Source: Bacteroidales bacterium
GTDB taxonomy: Bacteria > Bacteroidota > Bacteroidia > Bacteroidales > Bacteroidaceae
Direction: 5' to 3'
NCBI GenBank assembly: GCA_004555425.1
Contig: SFID01000001.1
Span: 7,635 to 71,634 of the forward strand
DNA length: 64,000 nt
Part shown: piece by piece, positions 48,318 through 60,508 of the stretch
Layout: every line of letters starts with the position of its first letter
Numbering within the stretch: position 1 is the first letter of the stretch
Program-made: the position numbers and the translations under genes
The notes under the pieces: model-generated
Told to the model about the DNA's origin: nothing
The model's database searches: none
The model's input: the letters and a program-made list of their open reading frames with translations, nothing else

Positions 48318-49271
48318 ATGAATATCATCGACCTCATCCATCAGAAGGATTCCACGGCTTTCAGTTTTGAAGTGCTCCCGCCGCTCAAGGGCACGGGCAT
48401 CGGAGGCCTGCTTCGCACCATTGACCGCCTGGCAGAGTTTGCGCCCGCCTATATCAATATCACCACCCACCGCAGCGAGTACGTCTATACCGACCTGGGC
48501 GATGGACTGATGCAGCGCTCGCGCCTGCGCCGCCGTCCTGGCACTGTGGCTGTGGCCGCCGCCATTCAGAATGCCTACCACATTCCCGTGGTGCCCCATA
48601 TCCTTTGCTCGGGTTTCACCCGCGAGGAAACCGAATACGTGTTGCTCGACCTCCAATTCCTCGGCATCGAAAACCTCCTCGTGCTCCGTGGCGACAAGGC
48701 CAAGGAGGATGCCAAGTTTACGCCTACTCCCGATGGCTATAGCCACACCACCGAACTGCAGGAGCAGATCAACGCCTTCAACGAGGGCCGCTTCGTGGAC
48801 GGCTCGCCCATCAAGGTGCCTGGGAAGCCCTTCCACTACGGCGTGGCCTGCTATCCCGAGAAGCACGAAGAGGCGCTCAACCTCGAGACCGACTTCCAAT
48901 GGTTCAAGCGCAAGGTGGAACTGGGCGCGGAGTACGGCGTCACCCAACTCTTCTACGACAACCAGGCCTACCTGCGCCTTGTGGAGCGCGCCCGCGCCGA
49001 GGGCGTGAATGTGCCCATCATTCCTGGCATCAAACCGCTCACGAAGTTGTCTCAACTGACGATGGTGCCCAAAACCTTCCATTGCGACTTCCCCGAACCG
49101 CTGGCCAAGGAACTGCTGAAGTGTCAGACGGACGAGGCGGTCAAGGCCGTTGGCATCGAATGGGCCGTGGAGCAATGCCGCGAACTGATGGCCCACGGCG
49201 TTCCCAGCATCCACTTCTACACGGTTTCGGCAGTGGACAGCATTGCCGAGATTGCGCGACGGATTTACTAG
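48318..49271 (+). CDS. metF: 5,10-methylenetetrahydrofolate reductase
   Basis: FSFEVLPP, LRGD, ACYPEKH, TQLFYD, PIIPGI, HFYT. Confidence 0.95.
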   Translation: MNIIDLIHQKDSTAFSFEVLPPLKGTGIGGLLRTIDRLAEFAPAYINITTHRSEYVYTDLGDGLMQRSRLRRRPGTVAVAAAIQNAYHIPVVPHILCSGFTREETEYVLLDLQFLGIENLLVLRGDKAKEDAKFTPTPDGYSHTTELQEQINAFNEGRFVDGSPIKVPGKPFHYGVACYPEKHEEALNLETDFQWFKRKVELGAEYGVTQLFYDNQAYLRLVERARAEGVNVPIIPGIKPLTKLSQLTMVPKTFHCDFPEPLAKELLKCQTDEAVKAVGIEWAVEQCRELMAHGVPSIHFYTVSAVDSIAEIARRIY

Positions 49272-49412
49272 GAAAGCACGTTCGCCGTGCGCGACCTTGG
49301 TTTCAGGTAGGTTCTATAGCGAATCAACGCTATCGAGCCAGCAGCCGTAGGGCTGCGTTGAAACCAGGGGACGCAGCGACCGTTGAAACTAAAGGAGCGC
49401 AGCGACCCCTTG

Positions 49413-49779
49413 CCTCGTAATATAACACATCGCGAACCCTCGCGTGTGCAAAACTCGTCTTTTAACATTTCGCAAACTGTTGCGATATGTTAAATGGATT
49501 TGCATTTCGCCGGAAAATGTATTATCTTTGTACTAGCGAAGAGGAGAGAGCCCATAGACAAAGGGTTTTCTCCTCTTTTTTCATGCGAAAATGCCCCAAA
49601 AAACCATTGTTTTACAAAGCATTTAGAAAAATTTATATGCCGAAGCGGATTTTCTAAATGCTTTTGCGGAAATTTTTCGGGCCAAGTTGGTGCGCGAATT
49701 GACGATATAGAGAATCGAAACGTTAAAAGATGTTTATTTTCCTCGGGTGCATTTTTACCATTTCGGGTAACTACTCAGG
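49413..49779 (+). repeat. ~370-bp dispersed 'leader' element, copy C
   Basis: Same ends and promoter/hairpin as copies A and B, more diverged in its 3' half. Confidence 0.85.
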
Positions 49780-49938
49780 TGGTCATTGAAAGGCAATGTA
49801 CCGCACGTTGCTTGCAACGTGTGGCTCCGAGAATTTCAGAGGTTTGTACTCATTAAAACATCGTATTTTTGGTTCCCATTTCCGCGGAGCCACACGTTGC
49901 AAGCAACGTGCGGTACATTGCCTTTCAATGAAAATCCA

Positions 49939-49972
49939 CCTGAGTAGTTACCACGAATCGTAACTACTCAGA
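49939..49972. repeat. 13-8-13 site CCTGAGTAGTTAC-CACGAATC-GTAACTACTCAGA
   Basis: Same arms, different 8-bp core. Confidence 0.85.
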
Positions 49973-50522
49973 TCAATCGTAATTGCAAGGTGTGGCTCAG
50001 CGGAAATGATAGCCCAGAATTCTTGGCTCACCGGATAATTCCCGTGTCAACTGAACAAAACAAAAACATGTAGGTCGGTGCTATAAATTAGATTTCAAGG
50101 GAAGGCAGGGTTTCTATTCTGCTTAGATGTCTTCACGCCTCTTGCACCATATCTTTTTGTTTTTCCCGCTATGCTCCCTCATAAAAACCTACGGCACGAT
50201 AGCCGCGAATCCATCGCATGCTAATTTATAGAACCAACCCAAACAACTAGGGATGGCACACCTATAATAAAAAGAAAGTTGTAATTTTGCGGTTGATTCG
50301 CCTACGGATTCAGGTGATTTGGCCCGAGGGTCAGCGGTCGCGCAGCGACCTAGTTTCATAGTTCGATAGCATAAGAACGTGTACGCCTTGCAAGGCGTAT
50401 TTTCCACTCCGCTTCAGGGCGAACTTTCCACTCCGCGCACCATGCGCGCCTGTTATATAGATTTCTATTAGTGTCTTCCCCCACGTGTACTAACTCCTAA
50501 TTCCTAATTCCTAATTGAATAA

Positions 50523-51644
50523 ATGCTTCCCATAGTAGCACAAAAAGAAATACGTGAACGCCTGGCCCGCCAAGTGGTGGAGGGGCGTGTGCCCCATGCT
50601 CAGTTGTTTTGCGGGCCCGAGGGCTGTGGCAAATTGGCCATTGCACTCGAACTGGCGCAGACGCTTCTCTGCCAGCATCCCACCGATGGCCACGCCTGTG
50701 GCCAGTGTCCCTCCTGCAAGATGGCAGAGGGATGGGTGCACCCCGACCTGCACTTCGTGTTCCCCGTTATCAAACCCTCGGGGACCAGCAGCGAGATAAC
50801 GAGCGACTACTATCTCAAGGAGTGGCGCGAACAGTTGCGCCGCACCCTCTACTTCGACCGCCAGGACTGGTTGAAAGTGATGGGCGTGGAGAAACAGCAA
50901 TCGCAGATTCCTGTGGCCGAGAGCGATAATATCCTGCGCAAACTCTCGCTCACCGCCTCGCAGGGAGGCTATAAGGTGATGCTCATCTGGTTGCCCGAAC
51001 AAATGAACGTGCAGACGGCCAACAAACTCCTCAAAATCCTTGAGGAACCGCCCCGCCAAACCGTTTTCCTCCTGGTGTGCGAGCAGCCCGAACGCCTTTT
51101 GGCCACCATCCTGAGCCGTACGCAGCGCGTGGACATCCCGCCCCTCTCCACGGACGACGTGGCCAGCGCACTTGTGGAGCAACAAGGGCTGCAGCCCGAC
51201 GATGCCCAGCGCATCGCTCGCCAGAGCGGAGGCAATTTCATCCAAGCCATGCGCCAAACCGTTGTCAATGCCGACCAGGGACTCTTCTTCGACATGTTTG
51301 TCATGCTGATGCGCTTGGCCTATCAGCGCGACATCAAGGGCATCCGCCAGTGGGCCGAATCTGTGGCCGAGTGGGGGCGCGAGCGGCAGAAGGATTTCCT
51401 GCAATACGCCCTTCGCATGGTGCGCGAGAACTTCATGTACAACTTCCACCAGCCCGAGCTCAACTACATGTCGCAACAGGAGGCCGACTTCGCCGTTCGC
51501 TTTGCCCGTTTCATCAACGAGCGCAATGTCATTCCCATCTCCGAAGAACTGGAGTCCTGCATCCGCGACATTTCCCAAAACGTCAATGCCCGCATGGTCT
51601 TCTTCGATTTCGGCCTCAAGATGATTGTCCTCCTGATTCGTTAG
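50523..51644 (+). CDS. holB: DNA polymerase III delta-prime subunit
   Basis: HAQLFCGPEGCGK, CGQCPSC, HPDLHF, ANKLLKILEEPP, TILSR. Confidence 0.93.
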   Translation: MLPIVAQKEIRERLARQVVEGRVPHAQLFCGPEGCGKLAIALELAQTLLCQHPTDGHACGQCPSCKMAEGWVHPDLHFVFPVIKPSGTSSEITSDYYLKEWREQLRRTLYFDRQDWLKVMGVEKQQSQIPVAESDNILRKLSLTASQGGYKVMLIWLPEQMNVQTANKLLKILEEPPRQTVFLLVCEQPERLLATILSRTQRVDIPPLSTDDVASALVEQQGLQPDDAQRIARQSGGNFIQAMRQTVVNADQGLFFDMFVMLMRLAYQRDIKGIRQWAESVAEWGRERQKDFLQYALRMVRENFMYNFHQPELNYMSQQEADFAVRFARFINERNVIPISEELESCIRDISQNVNARMVFFDFGLKMIVLLIR

Positions 51645-51803
51645 AGGTAGGTTCTATAAATTAACTTGGATGGATTCGCGGCTATCGTGCCGTAGGCTTT
51701 TGTTTTCATTCAGTTGCGTAGCCCGCTACGCTCCTTTATGAAAAACAAAAAACTACGGTGCGATAGCCGCGAATCCGTCCCTGCAAATTTATGGAACCTA
51801 CCT
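51645..51803. mobile_element. Palindromic MITE-like element
   Basis: Ends AGGTAGGTTCTATAAATT / AATTTATGGAACCTACCT; nested inverted repeats GGATTCGCGGCTATCG / CGATAGCCGCGAATCC. Confidence 0.65.
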
Positions 51804-51815
51804 AAATGGCATTCC

Positions 51816-53003
51816 TTAGCCCAGAGCGGCGATTCGCTGGAGGGCTTCGGCGCAGTTCTCGTGGCTGCCAAAGGCGGTGAGGCGCACGTAGCCCTCGCCC
51901 GATGGGCCGAAACCTACGCCGGGCGTGGTGACAAGGGCGGCCTCGTTGAGCAGGCGGTCGAAGAAGGTCCAGGAGTCGGTGCCCGCGGGCGTGGTCAGCC
52001 AGATGTAGGGCGCGTCCGTGCCGCCCACCACTTGGTAGCCCATCTGCGTGAGGCGTTCGCGCATCATGCGGGCTCCCTCCATATAATATTGTATGGTGGC
52101 GCGCACCTGCTGCTGGCCCTCGGGCGTATAGATGGCCTCGGCGGCGCGCTGGGTGATGTAGGAGGTGCCGTTGAACTTCGTGCATTGGCGGCGGTTCCAG
52201 AGGTCGCGCAGGCAGACACCGTCAAACTGCAACTCGCGCGGCACGACCGTATATCCGCAGCGCACGCCTGTGAAGCCTGCCGTTTTGGAGAAACTGCGCA
52301 GTTCGATGGCACAGCGTTTGGCGCCTGGTATCTCGTAGATGCTGTGGGGGATGTCGTCGTGCTGGATGAAGGCTTCGTAGGCCGAGTCGAAGAGGATGAG
52401 GCTGCCTTCGCGCAGGGCGTAGTCCACCCACTCTTGCAACTGGTCGCGGCGGAGCACGGTGCCCGTGGGGTTGTTGGGATAGCAGAGGTAGATGAGGTCA
52501 ATATGCTCCGCGGGCAGGGCGGGCACGAAATGGCCCTCGGCCGTGACGGGCAGGAGGCGAATGGAGCCGCCTGCGGGACGGCCCGCCATGATATTGCTAT
52601 CGACATAGACGGGATAGACAGGGTCGGTCACGGCCACACTGAGGCGGGTGTCGAGGATGTCGGTGATATTGCCGCAGTCGCTCTTCGCACCGTCGCTGAT
52701 GAATACTTCGTCGATGTCTATCTGCACGCCGCGCGCTGTGTAGTCGTGGTCCACGATGGCTTGGCGCAAGAAGGCATAGCCCTGTTCGGGCCCGTAGCCG
52801 CGGAAGGTTTCTGCGACAGCCATTTCATCTACGGCGCGGTGCATGGCTGCGATGCTGGCAGGAGGCAGAGGGCGCGTCACATCGCCGATGCCTAGGCTGA
52901 TGACGTTGCGCTCGGGATGGGCTTCGCGGAAAGCCTGCACGCGGTGGGCGATGGTGGAGAAGAGGTAATTCTGCTTTAGATTTTGGAAATGCTTGTTGAT
53001 CAT
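51816..53003 (-). CDS. dapL: LL-diaminopimelate aminotransferase
   Basis: [49 protein letters not shown]. Confidence 0.96.
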   Translation of the reverse strand: MINKHFQNLKQNYLFSTIAHRVQAFREAHPERNVISLGIGDVTRPLPPASIAAMHRAVDEMAVAETFRGYGPEQGYAFLRQAIVDHDYTARGVQIDIDEVFISDGAKSDCGNITDILDTRLSVAVTDPVYPVYVDSNIMAGRPAGGSIRLLPVTAEGHFVPALPAEHIDLIYLCYPNNPTGTVLRRDQLQEWVDYALREGSLILFDSAYEAFIQHDDIPHSIYEIPGAKRCAIELRSFSKTAGFTGVRCGYTVVPRELQFDGVCLRDLWNRRQCTKFNGTSYITQRAAEAIYTPEGQQQVRATIQYYMEGARMMRERLTQMGYQVVGGTDAPYIWLTTPAGTDSWTFFDRLLNEAALVTTPGVGFGPSGEGYVRLTAFGSHENCAEALQRIAALG

Positions 53004-53107
53004 AAGGCTTGTTTTTTAGAGGAGGAGAGAGGAATTAAGAGGAAGATAGAGGACGATAGAGGATGATAGAGGAGATTATCGGAGCGCTCATTCCTAATTC
53101 CTAATTC

Positions 53108-55545
<2,438 letters not shown>

Positions 55546-55648
55546 TTATTTCTGGTTTTTCTGGTTTTTCTAGAGATTCTAGATTTTCTAGAGATTCTAG
55601 AGATTCTAGATTATCTGGATTTTCTGGAGATTCCGGAGGCTCTATTCT

Positions 55649-57532
55649 CTATTCTTCCTTAGGGGCTGCCGCCATCTCCTCTTCCACATAGGCCAGGAAG
55701 GCGCGGTTGAGCATTCGCAGGCCGCCAGGCGTGGGATAGTCGCCCGTGAAGTACCAGTCGCCTGGATGATTCGGGCAGGAGCGGTGCAGGCCCTCCACGG
55801 TCTGGAAGATGAGTGTGACGGGGGTGGTGATGCCTTCGGGCGTGAGGAGTTGGGCAATTTTGGCCGAGATTTCCTCGTCGCTGAAGGGCGCGTAGATTTC
55901 CTTGACGTAGTTCTCGTCAGTGCATCCGTTGGCCGCCTTGATTTTCTCATAGACCTGGCGGACAATGCTGCCCATACCGCGCTCTTCGAGGAGGGCAAGG
56001 GCAGCCTTGAAGGCAATGAACTGGTCCATACTCGACATATCGATGCCGTAGTAGTCGGGGTAGCGAATCTGCGGGGCCGAGGAGACGATAATCATGCGGC
56101 GCGGGTGGAGGCGGTCGAGGATGCGGATGATGCTCTGGCGCAGGGTCGTTCCGCGCACGATGCTGTCGTCGATGATGACGAGGTTGTCCACGCCCGCCTC
56201 CAGGCTGCCGTAGGTCACGTCATATACGTGGGCGGCCAGGTCAGCGCGGCTGTTGCCCTCGGCGATGAAGGTGCGGAGTTTGATGTCCTTGATGGCCACC
56301 TTCTCACTGCGCACCCGCATACTCAGGATATGTTCAATCTCCTGTTCGCTGCCCTGCTCGTGAACCAGTTTGCGCAAGCGGTCGCGCTTCAGGCCGTTGA
56401 GGTAAATGTCCAGTCCTTCGACCAAGCCGAAGAAGGCCACCTCGGCTGTATTGGGAATGTAGGAGACGACGGTGTGCTCGATGTCATAGTCCACGGCGGG
56501 CAGAATCTGGTCCACCAGTCGGCGGCCCAACTGCTTGCGCTCCTCGTAGATGTCCTTATCGCTACCGCGGCTGAAATAGATGCGCTCGAAGGAGCAGGGC
56601 TTCAGGGGCTGGGGCGCATTGATTTGCTCGAGGCGGATGCTGCCGTCCTGACTCGTGAGGAGGGCTTGGCCGGGCTGGAGTTCGTGAATACTTTCAAAGG
56701 GCACGTTGAGCACAGTCTGGATGACGGGTCGCTCGGAGGCGAGGACAAGGATTTCGTCGTCCTGATACCAGAAGGCGGTGCGGATGCCCCAGGGGTCGCG
56801 CAGGGCAAAGGATTCGCCGCTGCCCGTCACGCCACACATCACATAGCCGCCATCCCAGAGCGTGCTGCTCGTGCGCAATACGTTGGCAATGTCCATGCGG
56901 GCCTCGATGGCGTGGGTGAGGTCGAGCCCCGTGCGTCCCTCGGCCATGCAGATATTGAAGACGCGCTCCACCTCGCGGTCCAGGCGGTGGCCCACCTGTT
57001 CGAGGAGGATATGCGTGTCGGCATATTTGCGCGGATGCTGTCCGTTGGCCACGATGCGGCGAAAGATTTCGTCCACATTGGTCAGGTTGAAGTTGCCGCA
57101 GAGCGCCAGGTTCTTGGCGCGCCAGTTGTTGCGGCGCAGGAAGGGGTGGATATAGTCCAGCCCGCTCTTGCCCGTGGTGGAATAGCGCAGGTGGCCCATA
57201 TAGAGTTCGCCGATGAAGGGCGGGAGGGTTTCGGTGCGGCGGGCGGAAGGTTCAGGCGTGCGGGCTTGTTGTTCGTAGACCTTATTGAAAATCTCGGTGA
57301 TGGCCGAGGTGCCAGCGGCACGTTCGCGAAACATATACTCATCGCCGGGTTCGGCACTCAGTCGCACGCAGGCAATGCCCGCGCCCTCCTGTCCGCGGTT
57401 GTGCTGCTTCTCCATGAGGAGATAGAGTTTGTTGAGGGCATACTGCGTGGTGCCGTATTTCTCCTGGTAGTAGTTGAGCGGCTGGCGCAGGCGTATCATA
57501 GCCACGCCGCATTCGTGTTTGAGAGGTTCCAC
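55649..57532 (-). CDS. purF: Amidophosphoribosyltransferase (Bacteroidetes long form)
   Basis: GTG start then EPLKHECG, QHNRGQ, GHLRYST, CSFERIYFSR, IIDDSIVRGTT, YGIDM. Confidence 0.92.
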   Translation of the reverse strand: MEPLKHECGVAMIRLRQPLNYYQEKYGTTQYALNKLYLLMEKQHNRGQEGAGIACVRLSAEPGDEYMFRERAAGTSAITEIFNKVYEQQARTPEPSARRTETLPPFIGELYMGHLRYSTTGKSGLDYIHPFLRRNNWRAKNLALCGNFNLTNVDEIFRRIVANGQHPRKYADTHILLEQVGHRLDREVERVFNICMAEGRTGLDLTHAIEARMDIANVLRTSSTLWDGGYVMCGVTGSGESFALRDPWGIRTAFWYQDDEILVLASERPVIQTVLNVPFESIHELQPGQALLTSQDGSIRLEQINAPQPLKPCSFERIYFSRGSDKDIYEERKQLGRRLVDQILPAVDYDIEHTVVSYIPNTAEVAFFGLVEGLDIYLNGLKRDRLRKLVHEQGSEQEIEHILSMRVRSEKVAIKDIKLRTFIAEGNSRADLAAHVYDVTYGSLEAGVDNLVIIDDSIVRGTTLRQSIIRILDRLHPRRMIIVSSAPQIRYPDYYGIDMSSMDQFIAFKAALALLEERGMGSIVRQVYEKIKAANGCTDENYVKEIYAPFSDEEISAKIAQLLTPEGITTPVTLIFQTVEGLHRSCPNHPGDWYFTGDYPTPGGLRMLNRAFLAYVEEEMAAAPKEE

Positions 57533-57703
57533 TGTGTGTATTGTTGAAGGGGATGATTGATAGAGCAGTCGGTATAGGTCCTTCGTTTCAACGAAGCCTC
57601 CAGCCACTAGTCTCTGGAGGACAGCGTTGTGCTTCCTTCTGAAACTAGCAGCCAAGGTGCGTCAAAGTAAAAGGGGGAGGGTTCTAACTGTTAGTATTGA
57701 ACT

Positions 57704-59890
57704 TTAGATTTCAAGTAGTTCGCGATATTTGGGCAGCGTCCAGAGTCGGTCGTCCACAATCAGTTCGAGCTTGTCGATGTGGTGGCGGATGGGGTCGAAG
57801 AGACTTTCCACGGTGTCGTGGTAGGCGATGGCCTTCTCGCGCTCGCTCTCAATCTGGTTGGCCACCTTGCGCGCGCCTACCAACTGGTACGATAGTTCGG
57901 AAATCTCTGTGGTGTGGCCTGCTATCTCGCGGATGATGCGCAACTGGTCGGCACAAAGTTGCTCAGCCTCTTCGCGGCCCAGCACCTTGGTCATGTTGCG
58001 CACGCCTTCGGCCAGGCGGTGCTGGTATTCCGTGGCAATGGGGATGATATGATTGACGGCCAGATCGCCCAGCACGCGCGCCTCAATCTGAATCTTCTTC
58101 GTATAGGTGTCCCATTTCACCTCGTTGCGCGCTTGGAGTTCGGGCAGGGTCATCACGCCCACTTCCTCAAACATCGCCACGCTCTCTTTCTTCAGATAGG
58201 CATCGAAGATGAGCGGACAACTGGTCTCGCAGTCCAGTCCGCGGCGCAGGGCTTCGGCCTTCCACTCTTCGCTGTAGCCATTGCCCTCAAAGCGGATGGG
58301 CTTGCACTCGCGGATATAGCCGCGCAGCACACTGAGGATGGCCTGCTGCAACTCGTGGCCCTCGCCCAAGAGTTTGTCAACGTCGGCCTGGAAGTGGCGA
58401 AGTTGCTGTGCCATTGCCGTATTGAGCACAATCATGGCCGTGGCCGTATTGGCCTCGCTGCCCACGGCACGAAACTCAAAGCGGTTGCCCGTGAAGGCGA
58501 AGGGCGACGTGCGGTTGCGGTCGGTATTGTCAATCTGGATTTCGGGAATCTGGGGGAGCGACAGGCTCAACCCCTGCTTCGTAGTACTATTTATAAGGCT
58601 ATCGTCCGTACTATTTTCGATAGCATCGAGCATACTGGAAAGTTCCTGGCCAAGGAAACTAGAAATAATGGCGGGCGGTGCTTCGTTGGCGCCGAGGCGG
58701 TGGGCATTGGTGGCGCTCATGATGGAAGCCTTGAGCAGGCCGTTGTGATGGTAAACCGCCATCAAGGTGTTGACGACAAAGGTGAGGTAGCGCAGTTGGT
58801 CGTTGGCCGTCTTGCCAGGCGAGAAGAGCAGGGTGCCCTCGTTCGTGCCTAGCGACCAGTTGCAGTGCTTGCCGCTGCCGTTGATACCCTTGAAGGGCTT
58901 TTCGTGGAGGAGGACGCGGAAACCGTGTTCGGCGGCCACTTCGCGCATGAGCGACATGAGAATCATGTTGTGGTCAACGGCCAGGTTGCACTCCTCGTAG
59001 ATGGGAGCCAATTCAAACTGTGCGGGGGCTACTTCGTTGTGACGTGTTTTGACGGGGATGCCGAGTTGGACGGCGCGGACCTCCAGGTCCTTCATAAACT
59101 CCATGACGCGACGGGGGATGCTGCCGAAATAATGGTCCTCAAGCTGTTGGTTGCGGGCGGCCTCGTGGCCCATCAGCGTTCTGCCGGTCAGTAATAAGTC
59201 GGGGCGGGCACCGGCCACGTCCGCATCGACGAGAAAATATTCTTGTTCAATACCCAAGTAGGCACAGACGCTTCTGACCTCGGGGTTAAAGTAGTGGCAA
59301 ACGGCGGTGGCAGCTTTATCTACCGCACGCAGGGCGCGGAGCAGCGGGGCCTTGTAGTCAAGCGATTCGCCAGTGTAGGAGATGAAGATGGTGGGAATGC
59401 ACAGGGTGTCGTCGATGATAAATACGGGCGACGAAGCGTCCCATGCCGTATATCCGCGGGCTTCGAAAGTGTTGCGGATGCCACCGTTGGGGAAACTGGA
59501 GGCGTCGGGTTCCTGCTGGATGAGCACCTTGCCGGAAAATTCCTCCATCACGCCGCCTTTGCGGTCGTACTCCAGAAAACTCTCGTGCTTCTCAGCGGTG
59601 CCTCCCGTGAGGGGTTGAAACCAGTGGGTGTAGTGCGTCACACCCATCTCCGTTGCCCATCGTCGCATTCCCTCGGCCACGCTGTCGGCGATACTTCTGT
59701 CGAGGGGCGACCCTTCCTGAATGACCGCGACAAGTGCGTCGTACGTTTCCCGTGTCAGGTAGCGAAACATCTTCTCGCGGTCGAAGACATGCTTGGCATA
59801 CAAGCGGTCCATTCTCTCTTCGGGCGCTGTGGCAGAGATTGGCCTCTTGGCGTGCGCCCTCTCTACTGCGCGAAATCTAGTCGTTGACAT
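57704..59890 (-). CDS. glnA: Glutamine synthetase type III
   Basis: HWFQPLTG.TAEKH, EPDASSFP, HNEVAP, NGSGKH.NW, DRNRTSPFAFTGNRFEFRA. Confidence 0.96.
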   Translation of the reverse strand: MSTTRFRAVERAHAKRPISATAPEERMDRLYAKHVFDREKMFRYLTRETYDALVAVIQEGSPLDRSIADSVAEGMRRWATEMGVTHYTHWFQPLTGGTAEKHESFLEYDRKGGVMEEFSGKVLIQQEPDASSFPNGGIRNTFEARGYTAWDASSPVFIIDDTLCIPTIFISYTGESLDYKAPLLRALRAVDKAATAVCHYFNPEVRSVCAYLGIEQEYFLVDADVAGARPDLLLTGRTLMGHEAARNQQLEDHYFGSIPRRVMEFMKDLEVRAVQLGIPVKTRHNEVAPAQFELAPIYEECNLAVDHNMILMSLMREVAAEHGFRVLLHEKPFKGINGSGKHCNWSLGTNEGTLLFSPGKTANDQLRYLTFVVNTLMAVYHHNGLLKASIMSATNAHRLGANEAPPAIISSFLGQELSSMLDAIENSTDDSLINSTTKQGLSLSLPQIPEIQIDNTDRNRTSPFAFTGNRFEFRAVGSEANTATAMIVLNTAMAQQLRHFQADVDKLLGEGHELQQAILSVLRGYIRECKPIRFEGNGYSEEWKAEALRRGLDCETSCPLIFDAYLKKESVAMFEEVGVMTLPELQARNEVKWDTYTKKIQIEARVLGDLAVNHIIPIATEYQHRLAEGVRNMTKVLGREEAEQLCADQLRIIREIAGHTTEISELSYQLVGARKVANQIESEREKAIAYHDTVESLFDPIRHHIDKLELIVDDRLWTLPKYRELLEI

Positions 59891-60141
59891 AGAACTAAAT
59901 AATTAAGAAGTAAGAAAATAAAAAATCCCCTCGATAAAGACTGAATGTCTATATCTCAGGTACTTAATTGTCTTTTTGTTTGTGTTGGTAAGTTTTCGGT
60001 GGCAAAAGTACAAAATAATATTTTTCCTGCAAGCCTTCCGAATTTTTTTTTCAGTTCTCCCCTGATTTTTTTCGCGGCACGCTGCGAATAAAAAGTTCGT
60101 CCTCATTGCTAAGCAACGTATCGCACGTTGCTCGTGTGAGT

Positions 60142-60312
60142 AAGGAGTTCGTTCTCATTGCAAGGCAATGTACCGCACGTTGCTCGTGTGGCTCAGCGGA
60201 AATGTTGGCTCATTGATAACTACTTCAAAGAGTACAAACATCTGAAAATCGATGAGCCACACGTTGCGAGCAACGTGCGGTACATTGCGTTTGCAATGAG
60301 AACGAACTCCTT
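60142..60312. repeat. Long palindromic element (GCAATGTACCGCACGTTGC family)
   Basis: ~55-bp inverted arms AAGGAGTTCGTTCTCATTGCAA...TTGCAATGAGAACGAACTCCTT. Confidence 0.85.
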
Positions 60313-60508
60313 CTATATAACAACCTGTTTTTTACCCAACGGGAATGGGGAGAGGCGGACGTGTACGCCTTGAAAGGGCAAACCGCGCCTTGCCCAGGGC
60401 AGAGCAGACTGCCCTTTTCAGGGCGTGCTTCAACCTCTGCGCACTATGCGCGCTCTGTTATTTAGATTTCTATTGGGGGCTCCCCCCAACCGATAAAATT
60501 ACTAACTC

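Noticed and set aside
14818..49972. Regular ~11-13 kb spacing of the four 13-bp-arm loci as a chromosome-organisation signal
   Set aside because: Only four loci, constrained by where intergenic space exists; not distinguishable from chance in this window.
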